Below, piece by piece: positions 37,222 to 43,816 of a DNA stretch of 64,000 nucleotides. Below the pieces are notes generated by a model. That model had not been told where the DNA came from. It did no database searches and saw only the letters and a list, made by a program, of their open reading frames with translations. A program made the translations under genes and the position numbers. Location: the IMG/VR virus record IMGVR_UViG_3300034019_000699; one strand, 5' to 3'. This stretch comes from an uncultured virus (IMG/VR IMGVR_UViG_3300034019_000699) (taxonomy: Duplodnaviria > Heunggongvirae > Uroviricota > Caudoviricetes). Numbering within the stretch: position 1 is the stretch's first letter; each line of letters starts with the position of its first letter.

Positions 37222-37427
37222 AGTCTAACATAAAAATCTCAAAAAAGCAAATCGACACGCCGTACTACAAGTGTGTTTCTTATCACATTAGTTATCAACA
37301 GCCTGTGGATAAGTCCACGTGTGACACGTGCAAATTCGGACATTATGGACATGTGATTAGTATCACAAAAATAGTTTTCCGACACGCCCGAGAAACAGGT
37401 CAAAATGTCAGTGGTCTGTGTTAGACT
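37222..37427. promoter_or_regulatory. divergent control hub between the two early arms
   Basis: CGACACGCC 37253 and 37380; CRP-type 37272 and 37352; DnaA boxes 37292 (1 mismatch) and 37304; CACGTG 37316 and 37325; GGACA-N4-GGACA 37338; + strand TGTCAG-TGGTCTGTGT-TAGACT 37406-37427. Confidence 0.72.
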
Positions 37428-37475
37428 TACAGTAGTAAGAAAATGAGAAACTCTCATTAAGAAAGGTGGTCTCAA

Positions 37476-37655
37476 ATGACTACACTAACAATAACAAAAT
37501 GCGTAGAGCATAAGCCTATGCTATCCGCTATCTCCAATGTAGGAGATGAGCAATTCACTTTCTGTATGGATTGTGAAAATAACATAGAGCGTTGGTATAA
37601 CGATACCGACCCTGAAAGACTACCAATGTGGTCAGATTGGAGTGTATCTCTATGA
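37476..37655 (+). CDS. small Cys/Trp protein (59 aa, absent from the ORF track)
   Basis: GAAAGGTGG SD; CMDCENNIERWYNDTDPERLPMWSDW. Confidence 0.7.
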   Translation: MTTLTITKCVEHKPMLSAISNVGDEQFTFCMDCENNIERWYNDTDPERLPMWSDWSVSL

Positions 37656-37792
37656 TAAACTCAGTTAAAACTATTGATTGCTCTACCTGTTATGGTAGAG
37701 GCTACATATTTTTCGGGGACAATGATGATTGTGCCATTGAAACATGTGATTGCGTATTAAATGATGAACTAAATGTAGATTGGATTAACTAA
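37652..37792 (+). CDS. small zinc-finger protein, paralog of 33768-34001 (absent from the ORF track)
   Basis: ATGA overlap; CSTCYGRGYIFFGDNDDCAIETCDC. Confidence 0.65.
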   Translation: MINSVKTIDCSTCYGRGYIFFGDNDDCAIETCDCVLNDELNVDWIN

Positions 37793-37984
37793 ATGATAAA
37801 TGTAACACTAACAACAACAACAGGCTCCACTAAGGGCATGAGGTTTGATACTAAGAATGATGTCCTGCTATTCATTGAGAAGATGTCCGATACACTGCCT
37901 ATCGGTACAGCAGTGAATATTGACGCACCACTCATTGGAATACATAGTGGGTGGATACAGGGTAAGCGTCTACAAAACACATAG
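37793..37984 (+). CDS. hypothetical protein
   Basis: VTLTTTTGSTK...LPIGTAV. Confidence 0.65.
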   Translation: MINVTLTTTTGSTKGMRFDTKNDVLLFIEKMSDTLPIGTAVNIDAPLIGIHSGWIQGKRLQNT

Positions 37985-38001
37985 CCTTATCTATTAAAAG
38001 A

Positions 38002-38032
38002 TTAGTGGGTCTATGGGCTCACTATTTTTTTT
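38002..38032 (+). terminator. intrinsic terminator
   Basis: TAGTGGGTC-TATG-GGCTCACTA plus T8. Confidence 0.7.
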
Positions 38033-38136
38033 GATCATTTTTTGTTTATTTATGTATCATACATCTAAACAAAATATTCCAATTTACTCTAATTAAGAAA
38101 TCTGAAAACAAATCTGAATTATGATATACTTAAACC

Positions 38137-38709
38137 ATGAGAAAACAATACACACGAGTCCAATACGACGAAAACGGTTTAAAGCAATGCACAAATTGCC
38201 AGGAATACAAAGAGACATCTAACTTCCATAAATACTCTAAGGCTCAAGATAGTTTGAAACCTTGGTGTAAGGTTTGTGTAAGAGAATACGACTTGGCAGA
38301 AGATGATCCAAAAAGGGTTATGCCTAGAAAAAAGCAGGGGGAATTAATTCATTGTCGTAGATGTGAAAAATATCTAGATAAATCTAACTTCTGGCGTGGC
38401 TCAACATATTGTCGTCCATGCAAGGTTTATATAGGTATAAACTCTAACCTTAGAAATAAAAACCTGACTATAGAAAAATATTCAGAATTAGAAAAATCTC
38501 AAAATGGGGTTTGTAAAATTTGCGGGAATACAGATTATAAGCGTTTATCCGTAGACCATGATCATGCATGCTGTCCTGGAGAAAAAACTTGTGGAAACTG
38601 CACAAGAGGCTTATTGTGCTCTAGATGCAATAGAGCCCTAGGCTCTGTTAATGATGATGTAAAACTGTTACAAACTATGATACGATATTTAAATGGGGAT
38701 ATTAAATAA
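38137..38709 (+). CDS. endonuclease VII-domain protein with N-terminal zinc ribbons
   Basis: QNGVCKIC...LSVDHDH...RGLLCSRCNRALG. Confidence 0.88.
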   Translation: MRKQYTRVQYDENGLKQCTNCQEYKETSNFHKYSKAQDSLKPWCKVCVREYDLAEDDPKRVMPRKKQGELIHCRRCEKYLDKSNFWRGSTYCRPCKVYIGINSNLRNKNLTIEKYSELEKSQNGVCKICGNTDYKRLSVDHDHACCPGEKTCGNCTRGLLCSRCNRALGSVNDDVKLLQTMIRYLNGDIK

Positions 38710-38866
38710 CCTAGAAAATGCCTGTGGGGTTTATAGGGTTTTTCAGAATTGTGCTATAATAAGATCATGACAGAAGAAACCACATCTTTAAAACTTTGCT
38801 GTGATGCATGCACATGCACCAACTCTCACAGTTCTAAGCCACCAGTAGAAGAAGTAGAGTAATTCC

Positions 38867-39064
38867 ATGGGCATAGGGTTTTTAGATAACCTAGAAAATG
38901 CCTGGGATGAAAATCTATTTCTGGAATCAAAACCAATACCTGAAACAGACAACATGGGTAGAGAAAAGTTTTGGGAAGATCTAGGAAGACCAGAATATGA
39001 AAACCTGGCTGTAAAAATATTTTCAGAAACTTGTTGCAAAGATTGTAGTTGCAAAAATGGATAG
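38867..39064 (+). CDS. hypothetical protein
   Basis: 65 aa, CCKDCSC. Confidence 0.5.
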   Translation: MGIGFLDNLENAWDENLFLESKPIPETDNMGREKFWEDLGRPEYENLAVKIFSETCCKDCSCKNG

Positions 39065-39470
39065 CGATCAACAACAACTAACTATAGAGCAAGCACAAGC
39101 AATTTTATTATTTCAGATTGAGCAAAAACTCAGGGTACATATAGCAAAACAAGTTGAGAACAAATTCCACGGAATGTATCATGACGCATCACACGTAATA
39201 GCACAATACATACGTAACATGGTCTAAAAGTATTTAGATCCGTCTGACTCTTCTAAGTTTCCAGGGCAAGAAAATTAATCTTCAACTCTATCCAACTCCC
39301 ACATTCTAATATCTATAAACCCAATTCTAGATTTATCTGCTACTTCTTGGGAATCAGCCTCTATTGCAATACGAACACTTGTCTCTATATCAATTCCAGA
39401 GTTAAGTTTAGTGCCAGCATTCTTTTCATACATTTCCTCTATTACAGATAATATTGGTTTGTAATAATAC

Positions 39471-39662
39471 TTAGGCAATTGCTCCACCCTCTTTAAGTTT
39501 GTCATAAATGTTTGACATCATAAAACCAAGACTAGCCTGGCTCTGCTCAATTTGTTTTTCAAGATCTGCTGCATTTAATCCAGCCTGAAGACCCATTGCT
39601 CGGTTATCCTCATTAATGCTATTTAGCATAATATTTACTGCTTCGTCTTTTGTCATACCCAT
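39471..39662 (-). CDS. hypothetical protein
   Basis: Coupled to the upstream ORF; AAAAGGA SD. Confidence 0.55.
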   Translation of the reverse strand: MGMTKDEAVNIMLNSINEDNRAMGLQAGLNAADLEKQIEQSQASLGFMMSNIYDKLKEGGAIA

Positions 39663-40423
39663 TCCTTTTCTTGGTCGTAAGTTACAGAGTACTCCCCTGT
39701 AAATATTTCGGCGTACGAAATGATATCTCTATTATACCGTATAACGGTTTCTATGCCAACTTTGTCACATACATACTTAATACCCTTGACTAGTGGCTCA
39801 AACTTCATCCCCTGCCCTTCTAGGGCCTTATTTAAGGTATCCAGATATCTTTCCTTGCCATAACGTTTTGACACAAATGCTTGATCAACATATTCAAACC
39901 TTGCATCCCTATCATTATCTTTTGCAATGTCCGAATTGTCCATTATATACCTTAATGCAGGATGATCCATCCTATCAGACCAGTTTCGCATGTTAGGCTC
40001 ATATTTTTCCATATTGCGTAGTGTTGAATCAGCAAAGGCCATGCGTATTAGGTCTGTATTGGAGGTTTGAACCTCTGTTGCGAACGAAATCAAAAAAGCG
40101 GTTGCGAAAGGAAACTTGTCGCTATAAGTCGTTATGCCGAAATGTACATTCGGATTGAAAGACTCAGTTGACATACCGTCTTCTAATCGGCGCATATGAT
40201 TTCCGAGAGATACAAACTCTTGTCGATTCATATCGCAGTCGACGAACAAGCATTGCTCTGGATCTATCCCGTCGGCGAGACACAAAATGTTTTTGTCATA
40301 TGAACCCACTATTTTCGAACCGTTAAAACGCTCTATTAATTTTGCGGTCATAAAACCATCCATGTCGGGAGATATAATTAAATTTTGAGAATGCTCCAGT
40401 GTATCAAGTATGTCCGTTTTCAT
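39653..40423 (-). CDS. DHH-like phosphoesterase-fold protein
   Basis: ISPDMDG, LFVDCD and LGNH motifs; tentative. Confidence 0.55.
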   Translation of the reverse strand: MKTDILDTLEHSQNLIISPDMDGFMTAKLIERFNGSKIVGSYDKNILCLADGIDPEQCLFVDCDMNRQEFVSLGNHMRRLEDGMSTESFNPNVHFGITTYSDKFPFATAFLISFATEVQTSNTDLIRMAFADSTLRNMEKYEPNMRNWSDRMDHPALRYIMDNSDIAKDNDRDARFEYVDQAFVSKRYGKERYLDTLNKALEGQGMKFEPLVKGIKYVCDKVGIETVIRYNRDIISYAEIFTGEYSVTYDQEKEWV

Positions 40424-40457
40424 TTTTGTTAAATATACCCCTTATAATAATCTTATT

Positions 40458-40724
40458 ATGACAGTACAAGACTGGGCTTCGCTAATCGTAGCCATCTTAA
40501 CAATTGTATCATCAATCGCTTTTGGAATCAAGTGGCTAGTAAAACACTATCTAATCGAACTTAAACCAAATTCTGGATCCAGTCTAAGAGATGCTGTCAC
40601 AAGGCTAGAAATGGCTTTGGACGAACAAAGAGTTGACTCAATTAAATCCAGAAATCGTCAAGAAGAAAAGTTGGACGAGATGTATAAAATTTTAATTGAT
40701 CATATCGCTAACACTAAAAAATAA
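40458..40724 (+). CDS. TM plus coiled-coil protein
   Basis: Leaderless; TM then LKPNSGSSLRDAVTRLE. Confidence 0.7.
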   Translation: MTVQDWASLIVAILTIVSSIAFGIKWLVKHYLIELKPNSGSSLRDAVTRLEMALDEQRVDSIKSRNRQEEKLDEMYKILIDHIANTKK

Positions 40725-40927
40725 TTTGCTATATACTATATATAATATATAAAGATAGTTTTTAAAACTATAAAGATATCTTTCTTTCTTATATATATTT
40801 AAGTATACACTATCGCAATCCTGGCATATAAGACAAACCTTGACAAATCGGACATTACCTATTATAACAATTTGATAAACTTTTTATATCATGTCCGTTT
40901 TGTCCTTTATGGTATAATTTTCTTGTT

Positions 40928-40974
40928 GGCTAATACCTTGGTTTGTCCTATACCCACCGACCTTGGTATTAGTC
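40928..40974 (+). ncRNA. candidate small stem-closed RNA
   Basis: TGGTATAAT upstream; GGCTAATACC/GGTATTAGTC stem. Confidence 0.4.
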
Positions 40975-40997
40975 AATTTTTATGGTATAATCACAGT

Positions 40998-41393
40998 ATG
41001 CCTATTCACTCTTCTCTTGCTTTTGGTGCCGATCCAGTCACTATGCAGTGGAGCGTTGTTAGAGGAGATACTGGGACTCTAAGAGTAGAGTTCTATGAGG
41101 ATAATGAAGTAGATTATTATGATACTACTGGGTGGATTTTTAGAGCAACTGCTTATGATCAATCTGGTAATGTTTTAGATGCCCTGGATTGTGAGCCTTC
41201 AGATGGTTTTGTAGATATTACAGCCCATCCTTCGGTTACAAAAAATTGGGGATCTAAATATTCATCAATCGTGGCTCAACTACCATTTGATTTACAGGTA
41301 ATAATTCCACAAAATATTGAAGACACTGTTTGGACTCCTGTTATTGGAACCATTCAAGTATTAGGCGATGTTACCCCAGGAGGTACACTATAA
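40998..41393 (+). CDS. virion/tail-associated protein, paralog of 51883-52266
   Basis: FGADPVTMQWSVVRGDT; leaderless start revised to 40998. Confidence 0.65.
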   Translation: MPIHSSLAFGADPVTMQWSVVRGDTGTLRVEFYEDNEVDYYDTTGWIFRATAYDQSGNVLDALDCEPSDGFVDITAHPSVTKNWGSKYSSIVAQLPFDLQVIIPQNIEDTVWTPVIGTIQVLGDVTPGGTL

Positions 41394-41998
41394 TGGCAGT
41401 TATTAAGATTGTTCCAATGCCAGGCGCAGTTGGAGACAAGGGAGACGAAGGAGCCGTAGGCCCTCAAGGTCCACAAGGACAAACAGGACAAACAGGACAA
41501 AACGGACAAGATGCACTATGGTCATATCAAGGTGCATACAACCCATCTGCTGCTTATGCAGTTGGAGATGTCGTAGTTTATCAAGGACAACTTTATTATA
41601 CAAAGTCAGTAACAACTGCTGGAACACTTCCAACAGATACTGCAAAGTTTGATTTAATTGCATCAAAGGGTGCAGATGGACAACCAGGAACTGATGGTGC
41701 CCCAGGTGCAGATGGTTCAACTCCATTTACTTTGGTAGGTGCATATGACAATGGTGCATCTTACAATTTAGGAATTGCTGTTTATTATAATGGCGGTACA
41801 TATGTAAGAACTGGTAATCCACTTAATCCTGGATACCCTCCAGAAGTAGGTGCTATCAATGCTTCATGGACACCTATTGCAGAAAAAGGCGCAGATGCTG
41901 AATTGCCAACGGGAGCAACAGGAACATTCCAAACCTCAGACAGTAAAATAGTTTCAGTAGTCAACGGAATCATTACATCTATAGAGCCACTGACTTAA
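41393..41998 (+). CDS. collagen-repeat fibre protein with carbohydrate-binding-like modules
   Basis: GXY runs; YNPSAAYAVGDVVVYQGQLY. Confidence 0.75.
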   Translation: MAVIKIVPMPGAVGDKGDEGAVGPQGPQGQTGQTGQNGQDALWSYQGAYNPSAAYAVGDVVVYQGQLYYTKSVTTAGTLPTDTAKFDLIASKGADGQPGTDGAPGADGSTPFTLVGAYDNGASYNLGIAVYYNGGTYVRTGNPLNPGYPPEVGAINASWTPIAEKGADAELPTGATGTFQTSDSKIVSVVNGIITSIEPLT

Positions 41999-42018
41999 TA
42001 TAGTGAGATAATAACTCC

Positions 42019-42756
42019 ATGGCTGTTTCTAAATCTATGGACTTTCCAGGTGCAAAAAAATCATCTTATGCTGCACAAGTAGTTAGCCAAACCTCTCAAG
42101 TTACAGAAACACAGTTATACCCAGATTCTGCATTAAACTTTGTTCCAGTCCCTGGACCACAAGGCCCACCTGGGCCAGCAGGAAGAGATGGAGAAAGAGG
42201 CGAACAAGGTTCCACGGGAAACATTGGACCCAAAGGCGAAAGAGGCCTGCCAGGCAAAGATGGAGAAAGTTCTTTATCGGCATCTGGACAGCAGGCAGGT
42301 TGGGCATCATATACAAACAACGCAACCAAGCCTATAAAATTAGGAATTACCCAAGGTGATGATGGATGGGTCACTATTTGGCTTGACACTAAAGATAAAA
42401 CCCAGAATGAAAAATATATGCCAAAAGGCTGTACCAGTCTTTGGAACAGCCATCAACGAATGCTAAACTTTCACGGTATAAAAGAAGGGTCCCAAGTATT
42501 CGTAACATACAACTTCGAACTAACCACCTATACACCTAATACTGAGGTTTGGCTAAGGACATATTTTGCAAGCAAGGATCAGGAGTTTGTCCAGTTTGTT
42601 GGATCTTTAAAATATCAGAATGTTTATAATCTTTCTGCTACCCAGCAATTTTTTATAGAAGATTCTGTCATGTGGGGCAATGGTGCTATACCACAGATTA
42701 GAACAGACTTTGATGCATCAGTAATACTCAATTCTATCTACGTCAGCGTGGTATAA
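42019..42756 (+). CDS. collagen-repeat protein
   Basis: GPQGPPGPAGRDGERGEQG... then a globular domain. Confidence 0.8.
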   Translation: MAVSKSMDFPGAKKSSYAAQVVSQTSQVTETQLYPDSALNFVPVPGPQGPPGPAGRDGERGEQGSTGNIGPKGERGLPGKDGESSLSASGQQAGWASYTNNATKPIKLGITQGDDGWVTIWLDTKDKTQNEKYMPKGCTSLWNSHQRMLNFHGIKEGSQVFVTYNFELTTYTPNTEVWLRTYFASKDQEFVQFVGSLKYQNVYNLSATQQFFIEDSVMWGNGAIPQIRTDFDASVILNSIYVSVV

Positions 42757-42763
42757 TAAAACC

Positions 42764-43216
42764 ATGGCATTTCCAGCGACCTATGACTTTAACTACTATA
42801 AGGGTGATACTTTTGAATTTCGTATCTACCCGAAAAAGAACGATGGAACGGTTTTTGATTTAAGTACTTTTTATATTCCAACAAACTATGCCAACACTCC
42901 AGATGATGTAACAGATACTGTTGCTCCATATGATAGTGCTCAGTTTACTATTGCAAATGTTCGTGGTTCAGCAGGAGTCCCAATTAAATGTTTTGCTAGG
43001 GTATCAGATGACAATACTTTTGTCCAGTGTGCAATTAGACCAGCAGAAGGAAATCAATTAGTTGCTGGAACAGAATATGTGTATGACGTTGAAGTTAAAA
43101 AGCCAGCAGGTTCTGCAGGTAGCGGACAATATGAAATTGTTCAAACCTTGTTAACTGGAACAATAACAATTACAGATCAGGTTACAGGCGCTACGTCTGC
43201 AACTTCAGGTGCTTAA
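42764..43216 (+). CDS. virion/tail-associated protein
   Basis: YYKGDTF...YVYDVEV...LLTGTITITDQVT. Confidence 0.65.
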   Translation: MAFPATYDFNYYKGDTFEFRIYPKKNDGTVFDLSTFYIPTNYANTPDDVTDTVAPYDSAQFTIANVRGSAGVPIKCFARVSDDNTFVQCAIRPAEGNQLVAGTEYVYDVEVKKPAGSAGSGQYEIVQTLLTGTITITDQVTGATSATSGA

Positions 43217-43797
43217 TGGCAGACATCCTATTATCTACCGACGACTTAACAATTTTTGGGGGACCAGAAAACATAAGCCTTGACCTAGACATAGGACCAC
43301 AGGGTGATCGTGGAAGTATAATCATTGGTGTTCTTGGAGATCCAAGAGATACAGGTGTTGCATCTACTATTGTTCAAGATACCCAGGCTCTTGACATTGC
43401 TATAGACTATAACCCTTATTCGACAACTTATAAGACAGTTTTTCAAAAAGTTTCTACTGGAGGAGCATTACAGTGGACCCCTCTACTTACTTTAAAAACA
43501 AATTATTATTCATCTGTTAAAGATGTAACGGCTGTAAATGGAATTCTTACAATACCGCCAATTAATTTGACAGACATTGCAGACGAGATAAACCTTACAT
43601 CTGCAAACTTTAGTATTCAATATTCTATTTCATCACCAACAGGAGGACCTGCTTCAACAAGCCTTGTAGTCAGTGATGTAATAGATAGTCCAATTAGAGC
43701 ACTACCACTTCAAATAAAGGGTGTAGAATATATTGATAACACTTGGCAGCCAATGGCTGGTCCAAAGCGTGTTCATTTATTTATTACGGTGGTATAA
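43216..43797 (+). CDS. virion/tail-associated protein
   Basis: Coupled gene; DIGPQGDRGS. Confidence 0.6.
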   Translation: MADILLSTDDLTIFGGPENISLDLDIGPQGDRGSIIIGVLGDPRDTGVASTIVQDTQALDIAIDYNPYSTTYKTVFQKVSTGGALQWTPLLTLKTNYYSSVKDVTAVNGILTIPPINLTDIADEINLTSANFSIQYSISSPTGGPASTSLVVSDVIDSPIRALPLQIKGVEYIDNTWQPMAGPKRVHLFITVV

Positions 43798-43816
43798 TGG
43801 CAAGAGGTGATTTATA

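Noticed and set aside
37239..37475. ORFs spanning the operator blocks (also 29918-30193, 34455-34688, 35930-36115)
   Set aside because: They run through dense regulatory motifs, lack an SD and have unnatural composition.
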